NCBI RefSeq assembly: GCF_963921235.1
Contig: NC_086100.1
Coordinates: 199,952,001-200,016,000, forward strand
From: Mobula hypostoma
Lineage: Eukaryota
Direction: 5' to 3'
DNA: 64,000 nucleotides
Numbering within the stretch: position 1 is the first letter of the stretch; every line of letters begins with the position of its first letter. Both the position numbers and the translations under genes were made by a program. The notes below the pieces were generated by a model that saw nothing but the letters and a program-made list of their open reading frames with translations, searched no databases and was not told where the DNA came from. This document shows positions 1-13,725 of this stretch, piece after piece.

Positions 1-24
1 AGGTCAAAATGTATGTAAGGCAGA

Positions 25-410
25 TTGAAGTGAATTGAATCTGACACCACTGTGTCAGAGAGATGACTTATTCCCTCGTTATTGTTTGAGATAAGGCTCA
101 TCAATGTAGTGTTTTTGGCAAATTTAATTAGGAGATTGGAGCTCTGGGTGCAATACAGTTATGGGCATTTAGGGAGTAAAGGATGGGACTCAGTACACAG
201 CCCTGAGGGGCTCCTGTATTGAGAGTCAGAGTGCTGGAGGTGAGGGATCCCACTCTTACAAACTGCTGGCAATCTGTCTGGAAGTCCAGGACCCAGCTGC
301 ACAAGGCAGGGTCACGGCCGATGGCTCTGAGCTTCATGTCGAGCCTGGATGGAACTATGGTGTTGAATGCTGATCTGTAGTCCAAGAGCAGCTTTCTGAC
401 GTAAACGTCA
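25..410 (-). mobile_element. Rex1/Babar-type non-LTR retrotransposon RT fragment, decayed
   Basis: The minus strand reads YVRKLLLDYRSAFNTIVPSRL...WVLDFQTDCQQFVRVG...NTGAPQGCVLSPILYSL, then a degenerate FADDT (KFAKNTT) and 'LTQWCQ'. This joins directly to a TTCAA-type tail at 25-40. Confidence 0.75.
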
Positions 411-1955
411 ATAAGCTTGTGTAAACAACAGATAAATATGAATGTGTAGATAACAGATCGACATGTTTGTGTAGACAACAGATCAATACACATGTGTAGA
501 CAAGAGATCAATATGCATCTGCAAAAAAATATATCGATACCTTTGAATAGACAACAGATGTGTAGTCAACAGATGTCAACAGATGTGTAGTCATTAGATC
601 AATACATTTGTGTAGACAACAAATCAATGTACATGTGTAGACAATAGATCGATACACATGAGTGGATATCAGATCAATACAAATGTGTAGACAACAGATC
701 AACGCGTTTGTGTAGACAACAGATCGATACGCATGTGTAGACAACATATCGATATGCACGTGCAGAAAACATCAATACGCAGTTGTAGACAATGGATCAA
801 TACATTTGTGCAGAGAAAAGATTGATACATTGTGCAGACAAGAGGTGAATACGCAGATGTAGACAACAGATCGATATGCTGTTGTAGACAACAGGTCAGT
901 AGGCTTCTGTAGGCAACAGATCAATACACGTGTGGACAACAGTTCGATACACTTAAGTAGGCAACAGTTTGATATGCATGTGTAGACGACAGATCGATAT
1001 GCATGTATAGACAACTGATCAATACACAGTTGCAGACAACAGATCAATGCATTTGTGTAGACAACAGGTTGATACGCATGTGTAGACAAAAAATTGATAC
1101 ATTTGTGTAGACAATCGATCGATACGCAGGTGTAGACAACAGATCAATACATTTGTCTAGTCAAAGATCAATACACGTGTATACAACAGATCAATATGGA
1201 TGTGCAGACAACAGATCGTTACACATGTATAGACAACAGATCAATACATTTGTGTAGACAACAGATGAATACACAGACGTAGACAACAGATTGATATGCC
1301 ATTGTAGACAACAGATCAATACATTTGTCTAGACAAAGAAAAATACACATGTGTAGACAACAGATCAAAGTGTATGTGTAGACAACAGATCAATATGCAT
1401 GTGTAGACAACAGATTAATACATTTGTCTAGACAAAGTTCAATACACATGTGTAAACAACAGATCAATATGCATGTGTAGGCAACAGATCGATACACAGT
1501 TGTAGACAACAGATTCATACATTTGTGTAGACAACAGATCAATACGTTTGTGCAGGCAACAGATCGATACATTTGTGTGGACAACAAATCAATACACATG
1601 TGTAGACAATAGATCGACATGTTTGTGTAGACAACAGATCAACACACAGGTGTACACAACAGATCAATAGGCAAGTGTATAAAACAGATCAATATGGCTG
1701 TGTAGATGACAGATCGATACATTTGTGTAGACAACAGATCGATAAGGCTGTGTAGACAACAAATCAATACATTTGTGTGGAGAACAGATCGATATATTTC
1801 TGTAGACAACAGATCGATATGTCTATGTAGACAACAAATCAATACATTTGTGCAGTCAACAGATCGATACGTCTGTGTAGACAGCAAATCAATATGGTTG
1901 TGCTGTCAACAGATCCATACTCGTGCAGACAGCAGATCAAAATGTATGTGTAGAC
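411..1955. repeat. 25-bp minisatellite, about 60 diverged copies, consensus ~GTAGACAACAGATCAATACATTTGT
   Basis: AGACAACAGA recurs at 1231, 1256 and 1281 (period 25) and throughout the interval. Confidence 0.9.
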
Positions 1956-1957
1956 GG

Positions 1958-2285
1958 ATTGAATTGAATTCAATTGTCTTTATTTCTTACATCCTTCACA
2001 TACGAGGAGTAAAAATCTTTACATTACGTCTCCATCTAAATGTGCAATGTGCAATCATAGTAATTTAAGATAATTTATAATAAATAGAACAGTCAATGTA
2101 ATACAGAGTACACTCAAGTCAGCGTGAGTTCATCAGTCTGATGGCCTGGTGGAAGAAGCTGTCCCTGAGCCTGTTGATCCTGGCTTTTATGCTGTGGTAC
2201 CATTTCCCGGATGGTAGCAGCTGGAATAGATTGTGGTTGGGATGGCTTGGGTCCACAATGATCCTACGGGCCCTTTTTGCACGCG
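1958..2285 (-). mobile_element. Rex1/Babar LINE 3' end (ORF C-terminus, 3' UTR, TTCAA tail)
   Basis: The minus strand encodes ARRIIVDPSHPNHNLFQLLPSGKWYHSIKARINRLRDSFFHQAIRLMN, the typical Rex1 C-terminus. The tail TTGAATTGAATTCAA is at ~1959-1973. Confidence 0.8.
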
Positions 2286-4045
2286 CAGTGATGCTACGAG
2301 GTACTCGCCCTACTATCTGATGTTCGGACGGGAAGCGAGGTTGCCCATTGATCTGTGTTTTGGGACTGAAGCCGGTGAAATACCCTTGAAGCCATGTCTG
2401 AAGTACGTGTCCGATATGAGGAGAGAGTTGAAAAGGGCGTACGAGTTGGCTGAGGCGGCAGCCACCAAGCAGAACCAGTGGAATAAGAAGAGGTATGATT
2501 AGAAAGTAAAGTTCGTCCAGCTATTGCCGGGAGACCGAGTCCTTATCCGGAATTTAGGACCACCTGGTAAGCACAAGTTGGCGGACTGTTGGGCAGCCAC
2601 CCCCTATGTGGTGGAGAGTCAGATGCCGAATCTCCCGGTTTACCGGGTGAGACCCGAGGATGGGAAGGGGCCTGTCAAGGTACTCCATCGGAACCACCTG
2701 TTGCCTCTGGGTCGAGAGGTGAAGATGGACCCAGAGCCCGAATGGGAGATTACGCCTAGTACGAGGAATCTGCGAGGGCGCGGGGCGAAGGAAGAGCCCG
2801 CTGCAAAGGAGACTGGGCCGGCCCCCACCTGGAGAAGGGATACGTCATCGGAAGATGATGATTCGGACGTGTGGTACCTGCTTCCATTCGCTGATTCCCC
2901 TGTGCCGGGAGAAGAGACTCCTGGCCCTTCCCTCACTGAGTCAGGGGAACCGAGGGAGGGTGTTGCAGAGCCGCCTGTATTACAGCCGGGACTGGGGGAG
3001 GAGAGGGTGGAGCCAGAGGGCTCACAGGAGCAGAGGGATCCCGGTGAAGGGGAAGGTCCGTCAGTTAGGCTCGAGGGGTCAACTGGGGTGTCTGAACAGG
3101 GAGAGTCAGCAGAGGAAGTACAGAGGCCTCAGAGGAGGAGGCATCCCCCGGAAAGACTAACTTGTACAGCGCCGGGAGAACAGGGTGTGATCTCTACTGC
3201 CCTGCAAAGTTATGTCACTGCTTTATGCACCTGGGTTGGGTTTTGTGTTTTACAAGGAGCACTGGTGAACTCTGTTAACGTTATGAGGGCATGACTTTTA
3301 TTGGTTGGGGGAGAGTGTACGGGGTCTTTCTTTTTGTTAGATTTAAAATGGCTTCTTTTGTTATGTTATACTGGGGAATGCTGAGACAGTCTCTAACTAG
3401 ACAGTTGCTTGGGTTATTTAGATAGCAGGGTGCTATTAGCCAATGGGTGGTCATGTATCATTTTGTTTTCGGATACCATGCTGTATCAAATGACTGGAGA
3501 CGGGGTTTTTGGCGGGGAGTCGGAGGAGAGACGGGGTTTTTGACGCGGTGTCGGAGGAGAGACGGGGAGTTGGAGGAGAGACGGGGAGTCGGAGGAGAGA
3601 CGGGGTTTTTGACGGGGAGTTGGAGGAGAGACGGGGAGGACGGGTTTTTGACGGGAAGTCGGAGGAGAGCCGGGGAGTTGGAGGAGAGACGGGGAGTCGG
3701 AGGAGAGACAAGGAGGACAGCGGATGTGCGGAGAGGCTCCAGTCGATCACTTTGGGTGGTCGTCAGGAATCAATTGAGCTCCAACGGTTGCGCGCGAAGA
3801 CTTGGACTTTGATAAGTGTTGGCGCCTTTTTTTCCATTACTTCCCTTTCTGTATCAAATTTATATTAATGTCATAGAATTAGTAAAATTTATAAAGTGTA
3901 CTTGTTAAAATTTACCGGGTGTGCTGGCTGATGATTGACGTTTGAGCTTGATTCAGGTGGCAACCGACCCTGTGGGGAGTGTTGAGGCAGGTGCTGGGTG
4001 GGATTTCCCCTAGACATATACAAGCCAATATAACGGAATGTTACA
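2280..4045 (+). mobile_element. Gypsy LTR retrotransposon 3' part: integrase C-terminus, polypurine tract and 3' LTR (3316-4045)
   Basis: Reads TRSDATRYSPYYLMFGREARLPIDL...PGDRVLIRN...HKLADCW..PYVV...VLHRNHLLP (integrase C-terminus, GPY/F-like), with one internal stop at 2500. The polypurine tract GGGGGAGAG precedes TGTAC at 3316, and the LTR ends GTTACA at 4045. Confidence 0.85.
3497..3715 (+). repeat. G-rich tandem repeat (GGAGGAGAGACGGGGAGTY-like units) inside the Gypsy LTR
   Basis: About 8 copies of GGAGGAGAGACGGGG with alternating AGTC, AGTT and TTTTTGAC linkers. Confidence 0.8.
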
Positions 4046-4433
4046 TAAGGTTCAGGAAGAAAGGACCAGACAGGTTTCTGGAGAGTTACAAGGTAGTCAG
4101 CAAGGTGCTCAGAAATGAACTTAGGAAAGCAAGAGGGGGACATGAGAAGACCTTGGGGAGTAGGATTAAGGAAAACCCAAGGTGTTCTACACATATGTGA
4201 TGAGTAGGAGGATGACTAGAGTGAGGGTTGGACTAGTCAGGTATAGAAGAGAAAACATGTGCCTGGAGACAGAGGAGTTAGTGAAGTCCTTAATGAACAC
4301 TATGCTTCTGTGTTCCCCAGTGAGAGGGACCTTGGCATTTGTGAGGATAGTGTAAATCAGGCTTAGATGCTGGAACATGTTGATGTCAGAAAGATGATGT
4401 GCTGGAACTTTTGAAAAATGAAAGGATAGATAA
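4046..4433 (+). mobile_element. CR1 LINE ORF2 fragment (EN-RT linker), decayed
   Basis: Reads ELRKARGGHEKTLGSRIKENP...LNEHYASVF, ending just before the DKSPGPD motif. Confidence 0.7.
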
Positions 4434-5622
4434 CATAAGACCATAAGACCATAAGATATAGGAGCAGAAGTAGGCCATTTGGCCCATCGAATCTGCTCCA
4501 CCACTGAATCATGGGCTGATCCAATCCTTCCAGTTATCCCCACTCCCTTGCATTCTCCCTATACCCTTTGATGCCAGGTTAATTAAGAACCTATCTATCT
4601 CTGCTTTAAATACACCCAATGACTTGGCCTCCATAGCCATTCATGGCAACAAATTCCACAGATTTACCACCCTCTGACTAAAGTAATTTCTCTGCATCTC
4701 TGTTCTAAATGGACATCCTTCAGTCCTGAAGTCATACCCTCTTGTCCTAGACTCCAATACCATGGGAAATAACTTTGCCATATCTAATCTGTTCAAGCCT
4801 TTTAACATACAGAATGTTTCTATGAGATCTCCTCTCATTCCTCTGAACTCCAGGGAATATAGCACAAGAGCTGCCAGACGTTCCTCATTCGGTAACCCAA
4901 TCTTCTCTGAACCCTCTCCAAAGTAGGTACATCCTTTCTAAAATAAGGAGCCCAAAACTGCATACAATACTACAAGTGTGGTCTCACAATTGCCTTATAA
5001 AGCCTCAACATCACATCTCTGCTCTTATATTGTATACCTTAAGAAATGAATGCCAACATTGCATTCACCTTCTTCACCACCGACTCAGTCTGGAGGTTAA
5101 CCTTTAGGGTTTTCTGCATCAGGACTCCCAATTTCCTTTGCATCCCTACATTTTGAATTCTCTCCACATCTAAATAATAGTCTGCCTGTTTATTTCTTCC
5201 ACCAAAGTGCATGAACATACACTTTCCTTTCTTTACTTTCTTTTTAAATCTTTTTATTGAATAAGTATACCATAGGTAAACCATATAGGCACTAATACAC
5301 TGTTAGAATATAATAAATTACAGGAAATATTAATACAGGAAAAAAAATAATACAAACAGTGCAATTTAAACATAAAATAATAAGGCAAAATAATAGTATA
5401 CTAATTTTTATATATATATCAATAGAGAAGGGGAAAAAAACCCAAAAAAACCCAAAAAAAACCCACCGTGCAACTAAACTAAAAGCAAAGCAAAGCAATG
5501 GGCTAACTTGGAAACAAATAGAGTTAAAGAACTTAAAATCACGTCCTCAAACCTGACCTCCATTAAAAACAGTTAAAAAAAAACAAGAAGGGAATATAAA
5601 TATGGACCAAAAGAGAAAAAAA

Positions 5623-8600
5623 TTACATTAAATGAAAATGTTGAATAAAAGATCCCCAGGTCTGTTCAAATTTAAGTGAAGAATCATAAAGATTACTTGT
5701 AATTTTCTCCAAATTTAAGCATAATATCATCTGAGAAAACCAAAAAAAAGTTGTTGGAGCATTAGGCTCTTTCCAATGTTGTAAGATACATCTTTTCGCC
5801 ATTAAAGTAAGAAATGCAATCATTCTACGGGCTAAAGGAGAAAGATTACTAGAAATTTTAGGAAACCCAAAGATAGCAGTGATAGGATGAGGAGAGATAT
5901 CTATATTTAATACCTTTGAGATAATATTAAAAATGTCTCTCCAAAAAGTTTCCAGAGTAGGACAAGACCAAAACATATGAGTTAAAGAGGCTATCTGCCC
6001 CGGGCATCTATCACAAAAAGGATTAATATGAGAATAAAAACAAGCTAATTTATCTTTGGACACATGTGCTCTATGGACAACTTTAAATTGAATTAGGGAA
6101 TGTTTAGCACAGGTAGAGGAAGTATTGACTAATTGTAAAATCTGCCCCCAGTCATCCACTGAAATAATAAAACCCAATTCCTGTTCCCAATCTGACCTAA
6201 TCTTATCAAATGGAGCTTTCCTAAGTTTCATAATAATATTATAAATAATGGCCATTGCACCCTTCTGACATGGATTAAGGTTAATTATAGTATCTAAAAT
6301 ATATGTGGGAGGGAACATTGGAAAGGAAGAAAGTATAGTACTTAGGAAGTTTCTAAATTGAAGATATCTAAAAAATGTATTCTTGGTAAACTATATTTAT
6401 TAGATAATTGTTCAAAAGACATAAGGGAACCATCTAAAAATAAATCCAAAAACCGTGAAATACCCTTAGTCTTCCAAATTTGAAAAGCACGATCCGTGAA
6501 AGAGGGAGGAAAAAATATGTTACTTAAAATAGGGATCGCTAGCCCAAATTGGTTAAGATCGAAAAATTTTCTGAATTGAAATCAAATACGTAAGGTATAT
6601 TTAACTATCGGGTTACAGGCCTGTTTGTGGCGTTTCAAATCAAAAGGAGGAGAAGAACCTAAAATAGAGCCAAGTGCATAGCCCTGAGCAGATTGTAATT
6701 CCAATACTACCCATTTAGGAATGGATAGTGTATCTTGGTCAAGTAACCAAAATTTCATGTGTCGAATATTAATTGCCCAATAATAGAATCTAAAGTTAGG
6801 TAATGCTAAACCTCCATCTCTCTTAGTTTCTGTAAATGTATTTTACCCAATCTCGGGTTTTTATTTTGCCAAATAAATGAAGAAATTTTAGAGTCAACTT
6901 TATCAAAAAAAGATTTTGGAACAAAAATCGGTAATGCCTGAAATATATATAAAAATTTTGGCAGAATAAACATCTTAACTGCATTAATACAACCAATCAA
7001 AGTTAAATATGATGGAGACCATTTAGATGAAAGTTGAGTAATATGATCAATTAAGGGTAAAAAAATTAGTCTTAAATAGATCTTTGTGTTTACAAGTAAT
7101 TTTAATCCCAAGATATGAAAAATAATTATTAATCAATTTAAACGGAAAGTTGTGATACAAGGGAAGTTGTCTGTTAATCGAGAAAAATTCACTCTTACTA
7201 AGATTTAATTTATAACCTGAAAAAAGACTAAATTGTGCTAATAAATCTAAAGCAGTAGGGATAGATTTTTGAGGATTAGAAATATATAAAAGTAAGTCAT
7301 CAGCATAGAGTGATATTTTATGGGACTTTTAGCCCCAAGTTATCCCAATAATATTTGGAGATTCTCGAATGGCAATTGCAAGAAGTTCTAATGCAATATC
7401 AAATAATAAAGGACTAAGAGGACAGCCTTGTCTGGTACCTCGAAAAAGAGGGAAAAAAGGTGAGCTTAAAGAGTTAGTACGGACTGAGGCCATAGGAGAA
7501 TGATATAACAATTTGATCCAGGATATAAATTTCGAGCTAAAGTTAAACATTTCAAGCACCTTAAATAAGTAAGGCCATTCTACTCTGTCAAAGGCTTTTT
7601 CAGCATCTAAAGAGATAACGCACTCAGGAACATTTTGTGAGGGGGTATAAACAATATTTAACAGTGTGCGAATGTTATAGAAAGAGTAACGACCTTTAAT
7701 AAAACCCGTTTGGTCTTCCGAGATAATAAAAGGAAGTACTTTTTCTAATCTGTTTGCTAATAATTTAGAAAAAAATTTAGAATCAACATTCAATAAAGAT
7801 ATTGGTCTATAAGATGCACGTTGGGCAGGATCTTTATCCTTCTTTAATATTAGAGAAATTGATGCTCTATAGAAGGATTTGTGAAGTTTACCAAGTTTTA
7901 ATGACGCCTCCAAAACCCTATAAAACCAAGGGATTATGAAGGTGCAAAAAATTTATAAAATTCCGCGGTAAACCCATCAGGGCCAGGAGCTTTCCCCAGG
8001 TTCATAGAGGAAATAACATTCTTAATCTCATCAGTGGTAATGGGAGTATCCAGCATAGAAGACATATCCTGTGAAATCTCAGGGAAATCTAGGTTATCTA
8101 AAATGTCATTCATATATTTAGAGTCCCGTAAAGACTCTGATTGATATAAGGAGGAATAAAAATCAAAAAAGGTTTGATTAATCTCAGCATGATCAAATAT
8201 CAGTCGATCATTTTGATTATAAATCTGATTAATTTGAGATTTAGTATAATTAGTCTTCAGTTGGTTAGCCAACAGTTTGCCAACTTTGTCACTATGTACA
8301 TAAAATTCACTTCTTGTTTTCTTTAATTGATTTACAATCGAGGACGAAAGTAATAAACTGTGTTCCATTTGAAGTTCAGTTCTTTGTTTATACAACTCCT
8401 CAGAGGGAGCTGTAACATATTTCTTATCAATTTCCTTAATCTTGTCCACAATTACCAGCTCCTCCTTCAGCTTCTTCCTCAAAGCAGCAGAATACGAGAT
8501 AATCTGACCACGAATATAAGCTTTAAAAGTATCCCAAAGGATGTTCACAGAAATATCCTCTGTGTAGTTGATTGTAAAAAAAAGATCAATCTATTCATTC

Positions 8601-9394
8601 ACAAAGTTAACAAAATCGGAGTCCTGAAGCAACAATGAATTAAAACGCCATTGTCTATTATTTTGTGTATTGACCTGAATTTTAATAGAAAGCTTAAGTG
8701 GAGCATGATCCGAAATGGTTATAGAGTCATAATCACATTTAATCACTGAAGAAATGAGACGAGAATCAATAAAGAAATAATCAATTCTTGAATAGGAATG
8801 GTGAACATGTGAAAAAAAGGAAAAATCTTTTTCCTGAGGATGCAAAAAACACCAAGTGTCTGTCGACCCAGAATCAGAGAGGAATGAGTTAATCAAAGTT
8901 GCAGATTTATTGGGTAAGGTCCGTAAAGGAGCCGAACGGTCCAAAACTGGAGATAAGCAAGTATTAAGGTCTCCGCCCCAGATCAGTGAAAACTCATTCA
9001 AATTCGGGAACAGATTAAATAGTGATTTATAAAATTCCGGACAGTCCATATTGGGAGCATAAACATTAACCAAAACTACCTTTTTATGAAATAGTAGACC
9101 ACTAACCAGTAGAAATCTATCATTCGGATCAGAGATAATATCATGTTGTACAAAAGTAACTGAGGAATCTATAAAAATAGAGACACCTCGAATCTTAGCG
9201 TTAGAGTTCGAAGGAAACTTTTGGCCCTTCCAAAATTTTAAAAAACGTAGTCTGTCCCCCCTCCGCACATGGGTCTCTTGTAAAAATAGAACATGTGCTT
9301 TAAGTCTCCGGAATACTTTAAAAACTTTTTTCCTTTTAATTGGATGATTAAGACCGTTAGTATTCCAAGAGCCAAAATTAATAATAGACTCCAT
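5623..9394 (-). pseudogene. L1 ORF2p (APE endonuclease, RT, Cys-rich C-terminus), broken by stops and frameshifts
   Basis: EN motifs SWNTNGLN, FLQETH, NVYAPN, GGDLN, SRIDYF and SDH. RT motifs KAPGPDGF, YRPISLLNVD, LDAEKAFDRVEW, RGTRQGCPLSPLLF and LYADD (near 7298-7312). C-terminal CDRC...THMFWSC. Confidence 0.9.
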
Positions 9395-10093
9395 AAACCC
9401 TAAAGTCAACCCGCAAAAAAAAAGGATTGACAATAGGTTCGACCCACGAACCCGGAAAGGGAACAGAACAAACCAGAGATAACGGGAAGGAGAACGCAAC
9501 CAATGCTTCAGTAATGTAAATAGCCCAAGAAGAAAAAAACTAAAACGTGAAGCCCCTCCCACCACCCCCCACCCCATGACCCCAAAGCTAATTCTAAAGC
9601 AGACCAGCCAGAAAGAAGCAAGCACTAAGACTACCCCCATGACTTCCGATAGACGCTCACTAAAAAAAAGTATAAATATAAAAAAGATCAGTTAGTTATA
9701 ATACAGTAAAAGAATTTAAAAAAAGACCAAATAAGACAAACATGATATAAAACAGAAAAAAAAGCCAGTAAATATAAAGAAAACCATAACAAACCACAGA
9801 CCCTATGACTAAACAAAAAAAAAGAAACAAAATTATTAACATAAACTAGTTAGGAAAAACTACAAAAAAAGTACATTTGAAAACTACGAAATTTAAGGCC
9901 TCAAAGGAAATACGTGAAATGATGCTGAAGGAATAACCGCCCAGAATCCCCAGGGAAAAAGAAAGAAATGACGCAGTTAGAAAAAAAGTTTGGCAACCAT
10001 ATTAATTAACCAAAAATAAACTTTTCTGCCCATATAAAGCAAAGAAAAAAATTAAAGCCGACAGATTAACAGCCTCCGATCAAACGGAGATAA

Positions 10094-10817
10094 TTAAAAA
10101 TTACGATTAATATGTTGAAGGTGAAAATTGATCCAGATAACTCTGGGCATCCGATGGAGATTCAAAAAAACGTCAGGCGTGCGAATCCTTAAACGCGCTG
10201 GGTAAAGCAGCACTGGTTTTAAAACCATCTTGTAGAGTTCCGACATCACATATCTGTAACGAACCCGTTGATCTCGAATCTGTTTGCTGAAGTCCTCCAC
10301 GAATCAGAAATAAAAATCCAAAAAAATCAATGTAGCCTTTAGATCGAACAAATCGAAGCAGTTTCTCCTTGTCTTGAAAGTAATGAAAGCGTAAAATGAC
10401 ATGCCGAGGTTTATCTGACTTAGACAAATATGATGGAACTCTGTGAGCCCGATCCAATAACGGTGGTTGGTCAGGAAATACGGTAGGAAATGCGTCTTTC
10501 AAAAGTTGAGAAAAAAACTTTATAGGGTTGTCAGATTCAACAGCTTCACGAACACCAATAATTCGAATATTCTGCCGTCGCATTCTGGATTCTAAGTCAG
10601 AGTTTTTAAAAGTCAGAAAGTCAAGTTTTTTCATCATTATAGTAATTGTTTCTTCAATTTCCGCATGCATCAGCTCCGTTATAGAGGTTGAAATTTCCGT
10701 TTGAATTAGATCCGATATAGCTTTCAAAGTCAACGATGGTTCAGTCGGAGGAAGATCGGTACCTTTCGGTCTAACCGGAGGTTTGCCGTCTTTCCCATTT
10801 TTCCCGTTCTTAGACAT
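10094..10817 (-). pseudogene. L1 ORF1p (transposase_22-like), frameshifted
   Basis: Reads LESRMRRQNIRIIGV...LDRAHR...PRHVILRFHYFQDKEKLL, then a frameshift to EDFSKQIRDQR...LLYPARLRI. The ATG is at 10817. Confidence 0.85.
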
Positions 10818-11237
10818 AGCAGACCTTAAAAGCATCCGAATATCAAAAAGCCCAATTTGTTTCAAAGTATTGTAAAAGTAGATGCCTTAATGGTTAGCTT
10901 AAATATAGCTGATCATAGAAAAAAAACTCAGAGGTAATGGAGCGAGTCAAGAACACAACTTCACTCCATGAGCTCTACCGGAAGTCTCATACATTTTCCA
11001 ACATTGTACTTCACTTGCCACTTCTTTGCCCATTCCACTAAACTATCTAAGTCTCTCTTCAGGCTCTCTGTTTCTTCGACACTACTCGCTCCTCCACCTA
11101 TCTTTGTATCATTGGCAAATTTAGCCACAAATCCATTAATACCATAGTACAAATCATTGCCATACATTGTAAAAAGCAACGGTTCCAACACTGACCCCTG
11201 TGGAACTCCACTGGTAACTGGCAGCCATCCAGGATAG

Positions 11238-13725
11238 AAACATAGAAACATAGAAAATAGGTGCAGGAGTAGGCCATTCGGCCCTTCGAGCCTGCACCGC
11301 CATTTATTATGATCATGGCTGATCATCCAACTCAGAACCCCGCCCCAGCCTTCCCTCCATACCCCCTGACCCCCGTAGCCACAAGGGCCATATCTAACTC
11401 CCTCTTAAATATAGCCAATGAACTGGCCTCAACTGTTTCCTGTGGCAGAGAATTCCACAGATTCACCACTCTCTGTGTGAAGAAGTTTTTCCTCATCTCA
11501 GTCCTAAAAGGCTTCCCCTCTATCCTCAAACTGTGGCCCCTCGTTCTGGACTTCCCCAACATCGGGAACAATCTTCCTGCATCTAGCCTGTCCAATCCCT
11601 TTAGGATCTTATACATTTCAATCAGATCCCCCCTCAATCTTCTAAATTCCAACGGGTACAAGCCCAGTTCATCCAGTCTTTCTTCATATGAAAGTCCTGC
11701 CATCCCAGGAATCAATCTGGTGAACCTTCTTTGTACTCCCTCTATGGCAAAGATGTCTTTCCTCAGATTAGGGGACCAAACCTGCACACAATACTCCAGG
11801 TGTGGTCTCACCAAGGCCTTGTACAACTGCAGCAGTACCTCCCTGCTCCTGTACTCGAATCCTCTCGCTATAAATGCCAGCATACCATTCGCCTTTTTCA
11901 CCGCCTGCTGTACCTGCATGCCCACTTTCAATGACTGGTGTATAATGACACCCAGGTCTCGTTGCACCTCCCCTTTTCCTAATCGGCCACCATTCAGATA
12001 ATAATCTGTTTTCCTATTTTTGCCACCAAAGTGAATAACTTCACATTTATCCACATTAAATTGCATCTGCCATGAATTTGCCCACTCACCCAACCTATCC
12101 AAGTCACCCTGCATCCTGTTAGCATCCTCCTCACTGTTAACACTGCCACCCAGCTTCGTGTCATCCGCAAACTTGGAGATGCTGCATTTAATTCCCTCAT
12201 CCAAGTCATTAATATATATTGTAAACAACTGGGGTCCCAGCACTGAGCCTTGCGGTACCCCACTAGTCACCGCCTGCCATTCTGAAAAGGTCCCGATTAT
12301 TCCCACTCTTTGCTTCCTGTCTGCTAACCAATTCTCCACCCACACCAATACCTTACCCCCAATACCGTGTGCTTTAAGTTTGCACACTAATCTCCTGTGT
12401 GGGACCTTGTCAAAAGCCTTTTGAAAATCCAAATATACCACATCCACTGGTTCTCCCCTATCCACTCTACTAGTTACATCCTCAAAAAATTCTATGAGAT
12501 TCGTCAGACATGATTTTCCTTTCACAAATCCATGCTGACTTTGTCCGATCATTTCACCGCTTTCCAAATGTGCTGTTATCACATCCTTGATAACTGACTC
12601 CAGCAGTTTCCCCATCACCGACGTTAGGCTAACCGGTCTATAATTCCCCGGTTTCTCTCTCCCTCCTTTTTTAAAAAGTGGGGTTACATTTGCCACCCTC
12701 CTATCCTCAGGAACTAGTCCAGAATCTAATGAGTTTTGAAAAATTATCACTAATGCATCCACTATTTCTTGGGCTACTTCCCTAAGCACTCTAGGATGCA
12801 GACCATCTGGCCCTGGGGATTTATCTGCCTTCAATCCCTTCAATTTACCTAACACCACTTCCCTACTAACTTGTATTTCGCTCAGTTCCTCCATCTCACT
12901 GGACCCTCTGTCCCTTACTATTTCTGGAAGATTATTTATGTCCTCCTTAGTGAAGACAGAACCAAAGTAATTATTCAATTGGTCTGCCATGTCCTTGCTC
13001 CCCATAATCAATTCACCTTATTTCTGTCTGTAGGGGACCTACATTTGTCTTTACCAGTCTTTTCCTTTTTACATATCTATAAAAGCTTTTACAGTCCGTT
13101 TTTATGTTCCCTGCCAGTTTTCTCTCATAATCTTTTTTCCCCTTCCTAATTAAGCCCTTTGTCCTCCTCTGCTGAACTCTGAATTTCTCCCAGTCCTCAG
13201 GTGAGCCACTTTCTGTGGCTAATTTGTATGCTTCTTCTTTGGAATTGATACTATCCCTAATTTCTCTTGTCAGCCACGGATGCACTACCTTCCTTGATTT
13301 ATTCTTTTGCCAAACTGGGATGAACAATTGTTGTAGTTCATCCATGCAACCTTTAAATGCTTGCCATTGCATATCCACCGTCAATCCTTAAAGTGTCATT
13401 TGCCAGTCTATCTTAGCTAATTCACGTCTCATACCTTCAAAGTTACCCCTCTTTAAGTTCAGAACCTTTGTTTCTGAATTAACGATGTCACTCTCCATCT
13501 TAATGAAGAATTCCACCATATTATGGTCACTCTTACCCAAGGGGCCTCTCACGACAAGATCGCTAATTAACCCTTCCTCATTGCTCAAAACCTAGTCCGG
13601 AATAGCCTGCTCTCTAGTTGGTTCCTCGACATGTTGGTTCAAAAAACCATCCGGCATACATTCCAAGAAATCCTCTTCCTCAGCACCTTTACCAATTTGG
13701 TTCACCGAATCTACATGTAGATTGA
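11238..13725 (-). mobile_element. Young CR1 LINE, 5'-truncated (copy 1), RT domain open (11332-13011)
   Basis: It has an (ATAGAAAC)n tail and motifs YLDFQKAFDKVPH, GVPQGSVLGP and KFADDTKL. It is near-identical to the copies at 33803 and 37659. A short GATAG duplication/microhomology lies at 11233-11237 and 13724-13728. Confidence 0.92.

Larger units (their letters stand above)
5228..10987 (-). mobile_element. Full-length (~5.76 kb) L1-clade LINE, decayed
   Basis: The 5' end is GAGACTTCCGGT. It carries ORF1, a ~700 bp spacer, ORF2, and AATAAA plus an A-rich tail at 5228-5258. A 12-bp TSD (target site duplication) flanks it: CATACACTTTCC (5216-5227) / CATACATTTTCC (10988-10999). Confidence 0.9.

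Noticed and set aside
508..2068. Cys/His-rich ORFs (ICCLHKCIDLLST) resembling zinc-binding proteins
   Set aside because: They are translations of the 25-bp minisatellite.
9395..9640. Hydrophobic signal-peptide-like extension on L1 ORF2 in the ORF track
   Set aside because: It is T-rich inter-ORF spacer read in frame. EN homology starts at the ATG at 9394.
11309..12001. 230-aa + strand ORF and similar antisense ORFs at 33900-36584 and 38023-39132
   Set aside because: They are shadows of CR1 ORF2 on the opposite strand and have no independent motifs.
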